From Nitrospirota bacterium (lineage in GTDB: Bacteria > Nitrospirota > Nitrospiria > Nitrospirales > NS-4), in NCBI GenBank assembly GCA_963788195.1, contig CAWBGA010000013.1, positions 128,001-192,000 of the forward strand: a DNA stretch of 64,000 nucleotides, in the 5' to 3' direction. Positions within the stretch are counted from its first letter, which is position 1; each line of letters opens with the position of its first letter. The position numbers and the translations under genes are program-made. Positions 9,955 to 20,742 of this stretch are shown here, one piece after another. The notes beneath the pieces were generated by a model. The model was given only the letters and a program-made list of their open reading frames with translations, was not told where the DNA came from and made no database searches.

Positions 9955-11157
9955 ATGCCAGTTTTTGCGTACGCCGGAAGGGGCCTGGGAGGCCAAACCG
10001 CCAGAGGAGAGCTGAACGCCGCCGACCGGGACGCCGCGATCGGCCAGCTTCGATCACAGGGGATCACCGTCGCGACGATCGAAGAAAGAAAGAAATCCAA
10101 GATGTTCGGTGAAAAAAAGCAAAAAATCACCGACAAGGATCTGGTGGTGTTTACGCGCCAGTTCGCGACGATGATCGATGCCGGCCTGCCGCTGGTGCAG
10201 TGCCTGGAGATCCTTTCCTCCCAGTCGGACAACAAGACCTTAGGCAAACTCCTCACTGACGTGAAGTTGGATGTCGAGGCCGGCTCGACCTATGCCGATG
10301 CCCTGAAAAAGCATCCCAAGGTGTTCGACAACCTCTACACGAATATGGTGCGCGCCGGCGAGGCCGGCGGTATGCTCGACACGATTTTACAGCGCCTGGC
10401 AAAGCAGATGGAGAAGACGGCCAAGCTCAAGGCCCAGATAAAATCAGCCATGGTCTACCCGGCGGCGATCATTGTCGTGGCCATCGTTGTCGTCTCCGTG
10501 CTGTTGGTGTGGGTGATCCCGATCTTTGCGAAGATGTTTGCGGATTTCGGAGGCTCCCTGCCGGCATTGACCCAGCTCGTGATCGACCTGAGCAATATCA
10601 TGCAGAAGTATATTTTGTTCATGGCTGCCGGCCTCGGCGCCGGCTTGTGGCTCCTGAGGCGATATTACCAGACGCCGGGGGGCCGCTTAAAAATCGATGG
10701 GTTTGCGCTCAAGGTGCCCGTGATTGGGGACTTGATCCGAAAGATTTCGGTCGCGCGTTTCACCCGTACGTTCGGGACGCTTATCCAAAGCGGTGTTCCG
10801 ATCATGGACAGCCTGGAAATCGTGGCGCGCACCGCCGGCAATGTCGTCGTCGAAAACGCTATTATGGCAGCCCGTACCAGCGTCGGAGAAGGCAAGACAC
10901 TGGCCGAGCCTATCGGAAAGACGGGAGTGTTTCCGCCAATGGTCGTACAGATGATCTCGGTGGGGGAAGCGACCGGCGCCCTGGATGCCATGCTGTCGAA
11001 GATCGCCGACTTCTACGATGACGAAGTGGATACTGCGGTCGCCATGCTGACCTCCCTGTTGGAGCCGGCGCTGATGGTCTTCTTGGGGACGGTCATTGGA
11101 TTTATCGTGATCGCGATGTACCTGCCCATCTTTAAGATGGCGTCCGCAATCGGCTGA
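9955..11157 (+). CDS. pilC: Type IV pilus platform protein PilC (T2SS F family)
   Basis: FTRQFATMIDAGLPL, GEAGG, AMVYP, GEATGALD, LLEP motifs. Confidence 0.95.
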   Translation: MPVFAYAGRGLGGQTARGELNAADRDAAIGQLRSQGITVATIEERKKSKMFGEKKQKITDKDLVVFTRQFATMIDAGLPLVQCLEILSSQSDNKTLGKLLTDVKLDVEAGSTYADALKKHPKVFDNLYTNMVRAGEAGGMLDTILQRLAKQMEKTAKLKAQIKSAMVYPAAIIVVAIVVVSVLLVWVIPIFAKMFADFGGSLPALTQLVIDLSNIMQKYILFMAAGLGAGLWLLRRYYQTPGGRLKIDGFALKVPVIGDLIRKISVARFTRTFGTLIQSGVPIMDSLEIVARTAGNVVVENAIMAARTSVGEGKTLAEPIGKTGVFPPMVVQMISVGEATGALDAMLSKIADFYDDEVDTAVAMLTSLLEPALMVFLGTVIGFIVIAMYLPIFKMASAIG

Positions 11158-11178
11158 TTGCCGACGATCCGAGACAAC

Positions 11179-12857
11179 ATGGAAGCTCTCCGTCTGAAGC
11201 TCAAGTGGCTGATGGGCATCAGGGTCGCATTTGTGTCCCTGACGCTGGGAGTCTGGATCTACCTCCAACTGGACGGAGAGACGCCGGGCATTCCCGCCTA
11301 CAGCCTCATCATTGCAACCTACCTGCTGACGATCGTCTACAGCTTCCTCATCAACCGCATTCAGAGCGCCACTGGACTGCAGGTTTTTGCCTACGCCCAG
11401 ATTGGGATTGATATGCTCTGCGATATCGTTACTCGTGTCCATTACGGGTGGCGTGGAAAGCCCGTTCTCGCTCCTGTATGTCATCTCCATCACGGCCGCC
11501 AGTGCCTTATTGTCACGCCGAGGAGGGCTCGTCGGCGCTTCTGCGGCGGCGATCCTGTACGGTGGGCTTGTTGACGTGCAGTTCTATCGGACGTCCTATG
11601 ATCTGCTCCTGTCCTCGGCATGGTTAGCGCCTACCAATCTGACGGCGCAGACCATTTTTTACAAGCTCGCGATAAATGTGGTCGGGTTCATCATGGTGGG
11701 ATACCTGACGGGAACGCTCGCGGAGAAACTGCAAGCGTACCGGCGAACGCCTCGAAACGAAGGCCCGCGCGCTGGTCGGCTTTCAGGAACTCCACCGGTG
11801 TATTCTGGAAAGCATCGAGAGCGGGGTGTTTACGACGGATAACCAGGGCCAGGTCACATCTTTTAATCGCCGCGCCCAAGACATCACAGGATATTCCAAG
11901 GCCGAGGTCGATGGTTATCTGTGGTGGGACCTGTTCTCATGGTCCTCCATGATAGGGCAGAAGGGTCTGGACCTTGCGGAAGCGCCCGCTCGTTTCGAAG
12001 AGGCTGGGCAGCGAAAGGACGGCAGCCGGTATATCCTGGGGCTGAGCCTATCACCGTTGCAGCTTGAAGGGGTCCGCATGGGGCTCGTGGGGGTGTTTCA
12101 GGACATCACGCCGTGGAAGAAGATGGAAGAAGCCATGCGCCGCAAGGAGTGGCTCGCCACGATCGGCGAAATGTCCGCCGGGATGGCCCACGAAGTCCGC
12201 AATCCGCTCGCAGCATTGTCGGGCGCGATACAGGTACTGCGCAAAGATTTGCGTCCCGCGGATGCTAATCTGTCGCTGCTTGATCTTGTCCTGCGGGAAA
12301 CGGCGCGCCTCAACACAATTGTCACGGATTTTTTGCAATACGCCCGGCCACGTCGCTTGAACCTTCAGCGCTGCGACGTCCATGACCTTCTGGATGAGAC
12401 GCTGAGGATGCTGGAGCAAACCCCTCCGTACGATGTCACGATTAACTTCGTTCGAGATTTCGCTGCGGATGCCGTCACCGCGCCCCTCGATCATGATCAG
12501 ATGCGACAGGTGTGTTTGAATCTCGGCCTGAATGCATGCCAATCTATGCCGCATGGAGGCTCCCTCCGTGTCTCCACCAGACGGAGTTCGCTGCTGGCCG
12601 GCGCATTGGAGGCCGACGCCATTGAGATCATGTTTACCGATACAGGCGCGGGCATTTCTGAGGAGGATCTCGGAAAAATCTTCTATCCATTCTTCACGAC
12701 AAAGCAAGGCGGCTCCGGCCTTGGACTATCGGTCGTCTATCGAATCCTGGATGAACATGGCGGCACTGTGCACGTTGAGAGCGTCCTGGGTGAAGGAACC
12801 AGTGTGCGGTTGGTTCTTCCCGCAGAAGAGCGCATGGCGCTTGAGATTTCCGGATGA
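11179..12857 (+). CDS. pilS: PilS-like sensor histidine kinase (two +1 frame breaks near 11430 and 11740)
   Basis: Multi-TM N-terminus with TGG..SPF, PAS domain, AHEVRNPL, NLGLNA, DTGAG, PFFTTK-GGSGLGL. Confidence 0.88.
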
Positions 12858-14284
12858 ATTCCGCTGCGGCCAGGATTCTTCTGATTGATGATGAGCCAGG
12901 AATGCGCGAGGTCCTGAGCGCCGTGCTGGGACGCGCGGGCCATAGCGTCGTTGTCGCTGAAAGCGGACAACAAGGCATCGTTCTCATCGGCGCGGAGATT
13001 TTTGATCTGGTCATCACCGACTTGAAAATGCCCGGTCCGTACAATGGGATCGACGTCCTGAAGGCGGCGAAAGATGTTTCCCCTAACACGCTGGTGGTGA
13101 TGCTGACGGCTTTCGCCACGCTCGATGTCGCCGTAGAAGCGATGAAGCTGGGCGCCTATGACGTCCTGACCAAGCCTTTCAATAACGACCACGTCGAACT
13201 GACCGTTCGAAAAGCCCTGGATGCCAAGCGGTTGTCGGCCGAAAATCTCTTGCTCAAACGTGAGCTCAAGGGACGAGCCGGATTGGACAACATCATTGCC
13301 ATCAGTGCGTCCATGCAGAAGGTATTTGAGCTTGTCCGGCGCGTCGCGGGATCCGACAGCACCGTCTTGATCTGTGGTGAGAGCGGCACCGGGAAAGAAC
13401 TGGTGGCGCGAGCCATTCATTACGATAGTCCCAGACGGGACCACGCGTTTGTGACCGTGAACTGCGGGGCATTGCCGGAAACCTTGCTGGAGAGTGAGTT
13501 ATTTGGTCATATGAAAGGCAGCTTTACGGGAGCGGTAGCAAACAAGGAAGGACTCTTTGAAGTCGCCGATGGTGGTACACTGTTTTTGGACGAGATCGGC
13601 GAGGCCTCACCGGGCATACAAGTCAAGCTCTTGCGGGTGATTCAGGAACGGGAGTTTCGAAGGATCGGCGGCACACGAGACGTCAGCGTCAACGTCCGGA
13701 TTATCGCCGCCACCAACAAGGATCTTGACAAGGCTGTGGCCCAGGGGCTTTTCCGGGAAGACCTGTTTTATCGCCTGGAAGTGATTCCCATCACGATTCC
13801 CCCCTTACGCAGCCGGCCGGAGGACATTCCTGCCCTCGTTCAACATTTCTTGACATTATTTAGCCGTAAGAGTGAGAAACGTCTGACGATCGAACCCGAT
13901 GCCATGGTTGGACTGCAGCAGCACGAGTGGAAAGGCAATGTCCGTGAGCTCGAAAACGTCATCCAGCGAGCGGTCGCACTTGTGCCGGGCCCGACGATCT
14001 GCCGCGCTGACCTGGAGCCCTGGTTGAGGCCCTCCGCTTCAACGCCGTCGATCATCTCATCGGAGATTCCTCCGGAGGGTCTTGACCTTGAAGATTTCAT
14101 GAACGGGCTTGAGCGCGACTTACTTGTGAAAGCCCTGGAACGCACGGGCGGCATGAAGAGGGATGCCGCTCACTTGTTGAAGCTCAATGCCCGTTCCTTC
14201 CGCTACCGTATGGACAAGTATGGGATCGGACGCCACAACGGCGGCGACGGCCCGGACGATGCTGATGAGGAGGGTGATGGGTAA
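12854..14284 (+). CDS. pilR: PilR-like sigma54-dependent response regulator
   Basis: Receiver domain, GESGTGKE, ESELFGH-KGSFTGA, C-terminal HTH. Confidence 0.9.
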   Translation: MNSAAARILLIDDEPGMREVLSAVLGRAGHSVVVAESGQQGIVLIGAEIFDLVITDLKMPGPYNGIDVLKAAKDVSPNTLVVMLTAFATLDVAVEAMKLGAYDVLTKPFNNDHVELTVRKALDAKRLSAENLLLKRELKGRAGLDNIIAISASMQKVFELVRRVAGSDSTVLICGESGTGKELVARAIHYDSPRRDHAFVTVNCGALPETLLESELFGHMKGSFTGAVANKEGLFEVADGGTLFLDEIGEASPGIQVKLLRVIQEREFRRIGGTRDVSVNVRIIAATNKDLDKAVAQGLFREDLFYRLEVIPITIPPLRSRPEDIPALVQHFLTLFSRKSEKRLTIEPDAMVGLQQHEWKGNVRELENVIQRAVALVPGPTICRADLEPWLRPSASTPSIISSEIPPEGLDLEDFMNGLERDLLVKALERTGGMKRDAAHLLKLNARSFRYRMDKYGIGRHNGGDGPDDADEEGDG

Positions 14285-15284
14285 TCGTGGAGTCGATGTC
14301 TCGGCTCCTGGTAAAATCAACTTAATTCTACGCGTTCTGGACCGGAGAGCTGACCGCTACCATAACCTCTATTCAGTGATGCAGGCGTTTGACCTCGCTG
14401 ATACCATCCATATAGAAGAAGCCCCGGCCGCAGTCGGAATCCGCCTGTTCTGCGAGGGCGCCGAACTGCCGGTTGGGCGGGATAATCTTGTCTACCGCGC
14501 CGCCGAGGCCGTTTTACTCCGTCTGAGGCCGGCTCCCGGTGTTCACATCCGGCTCAATAAGCAATTGCCGATCAGTGCGGGAGTCGGGGGAGGGAGCAGT
14601 GACGCGGCCGCGACGATTCAAGCCCTCGCGGTCCTTTTGAACACAGGATGGTCGCGGGAGGCAATGTCGGGAATCGGTCAAGAGCTCGGAAGCGATGTCC
14701 CTTTCTTCTTTTACGGGCCTGCTGCGCTTGTGGAGGGCCGCGGCGAACGTGTGACCCCGCTCCGGATAGAGGGCCATCGGTGGCTGGTCCTGCTGAATCC
14801 CGGCATCACAATAGCGACCTCCTGGGCCTATCAAAGGTTGGCAGATCTCAGGTCAATCGCGAACTCTCCCGCACCCGAACGCCGGTCGCTGTCACTCCCC
14901 ACGAATTCCCCCATTAAATGGGATGACCTCCTTAGTCTCGTGGAGAATGATTTCCAGGCCGTCGCGGAGGAGACGTACCCGTTGCTACGAGAGCTTCGCT
15001 TGTTGCTGATCGCCCGCGGCGCTGAGGCGGCAATGCTCTGCGGCAGCGGCTCGACCGTCGTTGGAGTCTTTTCTTCGGAAGAGAAGGCGAGACAGGCTGC
15101 CGAAGGCATTGACTGCCGACCTGGGTGGCGGATATGGGTGACTCGAACGAGCGCCAAACAGGATCCGCCGCGTCGTCTTCAATTGACAACCGCGACGTCG
15201 GCGATTACAATCGCTTTCTTCCTTTGGAACGCAGCGCGCCGACCTTTCTACATACCCGGAGGAGCCGTAGGGTGCACGAATTGA
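14277..15284 (+). CDS. ispE: 4-diphosphocytidyl-2-C-methyl-D-erythritol kinase (true stop may be TGA at 15184-15186)
   Basis: [35 protein letters not shown] motifs. Confidence 0.92.
   Translation: MGNRGVDVSAPGKINLILRVLDRRADRYHNLYSVMQAFDLADTIHIEEAPAAVGIRLFCEGAELPVGRDNLVYRAAEAVLLRLRPAPGVHIRLNKQLPISAGVGGGSSDAAATIQALAVLLNTGWSREAMSGIGQELGSDVPFFFYGPAALVEGRGERVTPLRIEGHRWLVLLNPGITIATSWAYQRLADLRSIANSPAPERRSLSLPTNSPIKWDDLLSLVENDFQAVAEETYPLLRELRLLLIARGAEAAMLCGSGSTVVGVFSSEEKARQAAEGIDCRPGWRIWVTRTSAKQDPPRRLQLTTATSAITIAFFLWNAARRPFYIPGGAVGCTN
15183..15211 (+). promoter_or_regulatory. Sigma70 promoter for prs-rplY-pth
   Basis: TTGACA-N17-TACAAT about 60 nt upstream of the prs GTG. Confidence 0.75.
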
Positions 15285-16210
15285 AGATATTCGCCGGATT
15301 GTCTAATCCGACGCTTGTCAAAGAAGTGTGTGACTACTTAAAGGTGGAGCAAGGGGATGCGCTGGTCTCCACGTTCAGTGATGGTGAAATCCGGATCCAT
15401 ATCAATGAAAACGTGCGCGGCAAGGATGTTTTTTTATTTCAGTCATGTTGCGATCCGGTAAACAAACACTGGATGGAATTGTGGCTGTTGATCGATGCGT
15501 TGAAGCGATCTTCGGCGTACCGGATCACCGCCGTGATTCCCTACTTTGGCTACGGCCGACAGGACCGAAAGGATCAGCCGCGGGTGCCGATCTCCGCAAA
15601 GGTTATGGCGGACTTAACGACCACAGCGGGCGCGGACCGGGTGCTCACCATGGATTTACACGCCGGCCAGATTCAGGGATTCTTTCAGATCCCTGTGGAT
15701 CATATGTACGCCGCTCCCGTTTTGTTGGACTATGTCCGTCGAAAAGGCGGCCGCGATTTGGTCGTCGTGTCGCCGGATGCGGGCGGGGTCGAGCGGGCCA
15801 GAGCCTTTGCCAAACGACTGCAGGCCAATCTGGCAATCATCGACAAACGCCGCGAGGGTCCCAATGAAGCGCATGTGATGCACATTATCGGTGATGTGAA
15901 GGGCCGGGATGCGCTTCTGCTGGACGACATGATTGATACCGCTGGAACGATTGCGCAGGGATCTCTCGCCTGCAAGGAACATGGAGCCCGGCGCGTATGG
16001 GCGGCTTGTACGCATGCGGTGCTGTCCGGACCGGCGCTTGAGCGGTTAAGCAGCTCGCCGTTGGAGGAGGTGGTCGTGACAAACAGCATCCCGTTGAACG
16101 GCAAAGACCGCCTTTGCACCAAGCTCAAGATGTTATCGGTGGCGCCGCTCTTGGGGGAGGCGATCAAGCGTATTCATGAGGAAGAATCGGTGAGCTCGTT
16201 GTTTGTTTGA
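15272..16210 (+). CDS. prs: Ribose-phosphate pyrophosphokinase
   Basis: [46 protein letters not shown] at 15258. Confidence 0.96.
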   Translation: MHELKIFAGLSNPTLVKEVCDYLKVEQGDALVSTFSDGEIRIHINENVRGKDVFLFQSCCDPVNKHWMELWLLIDALKRSSAYRITAVIPYFGYGRQDRKDQPRVPISAKVMADLTTTAGADRVLTMDLHAGQIQGFFQIPVDHMYAAPVLLDYVRRKGGRDLVVVSPDAGGVERARAFAKRLQANLAIIDKRREGPNEAHVMHIIGDVKGRDALLLDDMIDTAGTIAQGSLACKEHGARRVWAACTHAVLSGPALERLSSSPLEEVVVTNSIPLNGKDRLCTKLKMLSVAPLLGEAIKRIHEEESVSSLFV

Positions 16211-16243
16211 TCCATCTGGACGAAGAAGAGAAAGAGGTATCCC

Positions 16244-17034
16244 ATGCAGTTCGATATGAAAGTCGCATCCCGCACCGCAGTTGGAAAGGGAGTTGCGCGA
16301 AGCCTCCGACGCGAGGGCAAAATTCCCGGCATTCTGTACGGACAGAAAGACTCCCTGCCTGTCATCCTGGAACCTTCGGAGATTCGTAAGATTCTTCACT
16401 CCGAGTCCGGCTCCAACGCCCTTCTCAACTTGAACATTGCTACTGGAAACGGTGACATGAAGCGGACGGCGATGCTTCGCGATTATCAGGTCGATCCGAT
16501 TACGGGGTCCATTCTCCATGCGGACCTGTTTGAAGTCGCCATGGACAAACCTGTGCGCGTGCGCGTACCGGTCACGGTCACAGAAGGAACGCCGATCGGC
16601 GTCGCCGAGGGCGGAGTCTTACAACACAATCTTCGAGAGCTCCATATCGAGTGTTTGCCGGGGGACATCCCCGCGTCCATTGTCGTAGACCCTTCCAATC
16701 TGCGCGTCAATCAGGGCATCCATGTAAAGGAAGTGCCGGTGAGCAAGGGGTGCCGCATCCTTGATGATCCCGAATATGATGGTGGTGAACATCGTGGCGC
16801 CCGATCACTGAAGCGAAGTTGGAGGCCTTGCTCGCGGCAACGGCGCCCGGAGCCGGTCCTGCCGAGCCGGAGGTCATCGGCAAGAAGCTCGAAGAGGGCG
16901 CAGAAGAAGAAGCGGGAGCAGTGGTGGCCGGGAAAGCCGGCGCGAAGCCCGCGGTGGCCGGTGCCGCACCGGAAGCCAAGGATAAAGAAGAGAAGAAAGA
17001 GGGCAAGGAACCTAAGGCGGAGAAAAAGAAGTAG
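16244..17034 (+). CDS. rplY: 50S ribosomal protein L25/Ctc (frame breaks near 16775 and 16800)
   Basis: GKGVARSLRREGKIPGILYG, HADL, GGVLQ; acidic EPEVIGKK tail in the shifted frame. Confidence 0.92.
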
Positions 17035-17036
17035 CG

Positions 17037-17615
17037 TTGCGGCTCATCGTCGGTCTTGGCAATCCCGGCGCGGAATACGCCAAGACGCGACACAATGTCG
17101 GCTTTGCCGTCGTAGAAGCCCTGGCGGCCGAAGCAGGGGCCGGCTTCCGCCGGCGCGGGTTGTCACTGCGCGCATCTGGCTCGCTTCACGGCGAGGACCT
17201 TATCTTCGCTAAACCACAGACGTTCATGAACCTCAGTGGACAGGCCGTCGCAGAATTGGTGTCGCAGATCGGATTCAAGCCCTCCGATCTTGACAACCTT
17301 CTTATCATCCACGACGATCTTGACCTGGACGTCGGACGTATACGAGTGAAGGCTCGCGGTGGGGCAGGGGGCAACAATGGCGTGCTCTCGATCATCGATG
17401 CTCTCGGGACAGATCAATTTGCCAGGGTAAAGATCGGGATAGGCCGTCCGCCGGTTGGGATGGAAGCTGCGGAGTACGTTTTGCGCCCCGCGCGCGGCGA
17501 TGACCGGGCGGTGCTGGATGACGCGATGGAGCGAGCTGTCGAAGCCGTACGGTGTTGGATCTCAGAAGGGCTCGCCACCACAATGAACCGCTTTAACCGC
17601 CCTCCTATTGAATAA
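17037..17615 (+). CDS. pth: Peptidyl-tRNA hydrolase
   Basis: [31 protein letters not shown] motifs. Confidence 0.95.
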   Translation: MRLIVGLGNPGAEYAKTRHNVGFAVVEALAAEAGAGFRRRGLSLRASGSLHGEDLIFAKPQTFMNLSGQAVAELVSQIGFKPSDLDNLLIIHDDLDLDVGRIRVKARGGAGGNNGVLSIIDALGTDQFARVKIGIGRPPVGMEAAEYVLRPARGDDRAVLDDAMERAVEAVRCWISEGLATTMNRFNRPPIE

Positions 17616-17640
17616 ACGAGTCCTGTGAGAAAGCTACAAT

Positions 17641-17684
17641 GGGCAAAGGAGGCTGTCTCGGCAGCCTCCAGGGCTGGGGGGGTG
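17641..17684 (+). repeat. Single G-tract/hairpin/G-tract element in the ychF leader
   Basis: GGG CAAA GGAGGCTG-TCTCGG-CAGCCTCC A GGG CT GGGGGGG TG, then CA-ATG of ychF. Confidence 0.8.
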
Positions 17685-17686
17685 CA

Positions 17687-18776
17687 ATGGCATTGAATTG
17701 CGGAATTATCGGACTGCCCAATGTCGGGAAATCCACGATTTTCAATGCGCTCGTGGGCGGAAAGGCAGTCGTCGCTAATTTTCCGTTTTCAACCGTCGAG
17801 CCAAACATCGGGGTGGCCATGGTCCCGGATGAACGGCTCACTCGCCTGACCGAGATTTTCAAGTCCCGAAAAACCACGCCCACGTCCATCGAGTTTCGAG
17901 ACATTGCCGGCTTGGTCGAAGGGAGCCAGTCAAGGCGAAGGGCTGGGAAACCAATTTCTTGGGCAGGTTCGAGAGGCGGACGTCCTCGTTCATGTCGTCC
18001 GGTGCTTTCAGGATCCTGACGTCCTCCACGTCGTCGGGCCTGTGAATCCGGAGCGCGATATAGGCTTGATCGAAACGGAGCTGATCCTGTCAGATCTGGA
18101 GACGGTCGAGCGGCGGCGCGATCGGCTGGACAAAAAGGTTCGTGCCGGGGAGGCCGCGGCCGTCAAGGAGATGCCTTTTCTTCTGAGCATACTCGACCAA
18201 CTTGGGAAGGGCGAATGGATCGGGCTGCGGAATTTTTCTGCGGAAGAGCAGGTATGGGTGCGGGAATATCAACTGCTGACTGCTAAGCCGGTAGTGTTCG
18301 CGGCAAATGTCGGCGAAAGCCAAGAGCTCGATACTGCTGTCGGGGAAGCCGAAGCGCAGGCAAAGAATCGGGGGGCCCGGCTTGTCAAGCTTTCGGGGCG
18401 CATTGAAGCAGAGGTCTCAGCGCTGGAATCGAGTGAGCGGGATGAGTATCTTCGCGAGCTGGGGATGGGAGAGCCCGGCCTCGTGCGGCTGATCCGCACC
18501 GCCTATGACCTCCTCGGATTGATCACGTTCTTTACAGCGGGTGAGACAGAGTCGCGAGCATGGACCGTGCGGAAGGGGACCAAGGCGGCGACGGCAGCGG
18601 GCAAAATTCACTCGGACATGGAGCGGGGATTTATCCGGGCCGAAGTGTATCGTTATGATGATCTGATCGCGTGCGGCAGTGAAGCGGCAGTCAAAGAGAA
18701 GGGACTCTTTAGATTAGAAGGACGCGACTATGTCATCAAAGACGGCGACGTCATGTTCTTCAGGTTCAACGTTTAG
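17687..18776 (+). CDS. ychF: Redox-regulated ATPase YchF (+1 frame break near 17920)
   Basis: [50 protein letters not shown]. Confidence 0.95.
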
Positions 18777-18838
18777 CATCCATCCTTAACCGGCTTCGGA
18801 CCGAGGCCACCCGTGCCATCCGTGACACGGGGTTCGCC

Positions 18839-18867
18839 TTGATTCCCTGTCAGCCCTATGTTAGCGT
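18839..18867 (+). promoter_or_regulatory. Putative sigma70 promoter of rpsF-ssb-rpsR
   Basis: TTGATT-N17-TAGCGT with extended TG. Confidence 0.5.
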
Positions 18868-18885
18868 ACCCGACTCGGTACGACC

Positions 18886-18927
18886 CCTTGCTCCGGGCCC
18901 GGCCCCGGGGCTTTTATCCAGAAGGAG
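18886..18927 (+). ncRNA. S6:S18 ribosomal protein leader (autoregulatory cis element)
   Basis: CCTT able to pair with SD AAGG, inner stem GCTCCGGG/CCCGGGGC, unpaired CCA just before the SD, directly upstream of rpsF. Confidence 0.65.
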
Positions 18928-18936
18928 ATCGGCCTT

Positions 18937-19302
18937 ATGGCGCAGCTGTATGAATCAATCGTTATCCTTCGTCCCTCCTTGGCCGATGAAGACATCCAAA
19001 AGACTTTGGACAAGGTCAAGTCCACCATCGAAAAGTCAGGTGGGACCATCGAGCGTCTCGAAAACTGGGGCAAGAAAAAGCTTGCCTATGAAGTGAAGCG
19101 TGAAAAAAAAGGCGTCTACGTTCAACTGAACTTCCACGGAAGTGGTGTGGCGGTCACCGAATTGGAACGATTCTTCAGATTGGAAGACGCCATTATGAAG
19201 TTTCTCACCGTGAAGCTCGAAGCGCAAAAGCTCCCGCCAGCCGGGACAGAGCACCCAACCGGCGGACCGGTGGCCCTGGAGCCTGAGAATGGCAGGGTTT
19301 AA
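18937..19302 (+). CDS. rpsF: 30S ribosomal protein S6
   Basis: YESIVILRP, WGKKKLAYEV, GVYV motifs. Confidence 0.96.
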   Translation: MAQLYESIVILRPSLADEDIQKTLDKVKSTIEKSGGTIERLENWGKKKLAYEVKREKKGVYVQLNFHGSGVAVTELERFFRLEDAIMKFLTVKLEAQKLPPAGTEHPTGGPVALEPENGRV

Positions 19303-19693
19303 TAAGGTCATTCTCATGGGGAACCTCACCAGAGACCCAGAAATCCGGTATGCTCCGAACGGCACTCCCGTCGCAAACTTCGGCCTTGCTGTGAACCGAC
19401 GCTATCGTCAGGCAGAAGAAATGCGCGAGGATGTCTGCTTTGTTGACATCGTGATTTTCGGCAAACAAGCGGAGACGTGCGGCCAGTACCTCAGCAAAGG
19501 TCAAGGGGCGCTCATCGAAGGCCGGCTTCAGATGCGTAAGTTCGAGACGAAGGAAGGCCAGAAGGTGACCAAGCACGAGGTGGTCGCAGAGAACGTGCGG
19601 TTTCTCTCGAAACGCGCTGATCATGGGGGGGACCGGGAACCCCGAGAACCTGCCGAGGACATCGTTCGCTACGAATCAGAAGAGCCGTTGTAA
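19289..19693 (+). CDS. ssb: Single-stranded DNA-binding protein
   Basis: FNKVILMGNLTRDPE, IEGRLQ, acidic C-terminal tip. Confidence 0.96.
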   Translation: MAGFNKVILMGNLTRDPEIRYAPNGTPVANFGLAVNRRYRQAEEMREDVCFVDIVIFGKQAETCGQYLSKGQGALIEGRLQMRKFETKEGQKVTKHEVVAENVRFLSKRADHGGDREPREPAEDIVRYESEEPL

Positions 19694-19708
19694 CGTGGGA
19701 GGAAAACC

Positions 19709-19960
19709 GTGAACATGGAGCGAGGAGGAGCGGGAGGAGGAGGTCGATCATTCCAACGCCGACGCGTCTGCCGTTTTTGCCACGACAAAATCGGTATTGA
19801 TTATAAGGATGTCGGGTTGGTTCGCAATTTTCTGACGGAGCGGGGCCGTATCATTCCTCGACGCATTTCCGGAAATTGCATGGGGCATCAACGAGAGCTG
19901 ACCATCGCGATCAAACGCGCTCGCACGATCGCGCTAGTCTCATTCGCCGAAGAGAGATAG
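19709..19960 (+). CDS. rpsR: 30S ribosomal protein S18
   Basis: [29 protein letters not shown]. Confidence 0.96.
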   Translation: MNMERGGAGGGGRSFQRRRVCRFCHDKIGIDYKDVGLVRNFLTERGRIIPRRISGNCMGHQRELTIAIKRARTIALVSFAEER

Positions 19961-20004
19961 CCTGACCTAGCAATCCTGACCTCGAAACGGAACGGGAGCT
20001 CGCC

Positions 20005-20526
20005 ATGACCGAGGTGGCTGTCGCAAAGATTCCGGAAGAAGGGCTGACGCTGTCATTTCAAGAAGAGCCGGCCGCTCTTGAGTTGTCGGTGGAAGGGGCG
20101 CGATTCATCCAGCCGGTCGAAGCGGATGTCATGCTGCAGAAGGCCGGAGACGCCGTGTTAGTGACTGGACGCCTTGCGCTCCCTATTATGTTTGAATGCG
20201 TCAGCTGCCTACGCGAGTTTGTCGCGCCTTTCGAGATCCCCGTTGACGCGCAATATGTGCCTGGAGATCCGTCCCTCCAGTCGGGGGAACATGTCATGCC
20301 GGTGGAGGAGGCGGAGAATTACTATTATCGCGACGATGTCATCGCGCTGGATGATCTGGTCCGTCAGGAGGTCTTACTGGCGCTGCCGTACAAGCCTCTC
20401 TGCAAGCCGGACTGCCGTGGATTATGCGCGCAGTGCGGCCAGGATCTTAACATCCGCACGTGCGCATGTGCACCACCCCCAGACCCCCGATTGGCGGCGC
20501 TCCGCCAGTATTTAAAAAACCAGTAG
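20005..20526 (+). CDS. yceD: DUF177/YceD family protein
   Basis: ECVSCL and LCKPDCRGLCAQCG..C.C..DPRLAAL; upstream of rpmF. Confidence 0.9.
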   Translation: MTEVAVAKIPEEGLTLSFQEEPAALELSVEGARFIQPVEADVMLQKAGDAVLVTGRLALPIMFECVSCLREFVAPFEIPVDAQYVPGDPSLQSGEHVMPVEEAENYYYRDDVIALDDLVRQEVLLALPYKPLCKPDCRGLCAQCGQDLNIRTCACAPPPDPRLAALRQYLKNQ

Positions 20527-20550
20527 CGCTTTGGCAGGAGAGGAACGACC

Positions 20551-20736
20551 ATGCCGAATCCCAAACACAAACACTCCAAAGCTCGCCGTGACAAGCGTCG
20601 CACTGCGAAGGTGAAGATCCGCGCCCAGAGCCTCTCCAACTGCCCACAGTGTCATCAGCCGAAGCCCCCGCACTATACGTGTCTGACCTGCGGCACCTAC
20701 AAGGGCCAGGAAGTTATCGCGGTCGAAGAGTCCTAG
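20551..20736 (+). CDS. rpmF: 50S ribosomal protein L32
   Basis: MPNPKHKHSKARRDKRR, CPQC..PH..CLTCGTY. Confidence 0.96.
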   Translation: MPNPKHKHSKARRDKRRTAKVKIRAQSLSNCPQCHQPKPPHYTCLTCGTYKGQEVIAVEES

Positions 20737-20742
20737 TCTCGC

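Noticed and set aside
15186..15271. tRNA-Gln, often found between ispE and prs
   Set aside because: No cloverleaf or T-loop GTTCGA motif; the region holds a promoter and RBS instead
15150..15284. C-terminal extension of IspE overlapping prs
   Set aside because: A TGA at 15184 in the +1 frame would end the gene normally; probably another single-base error
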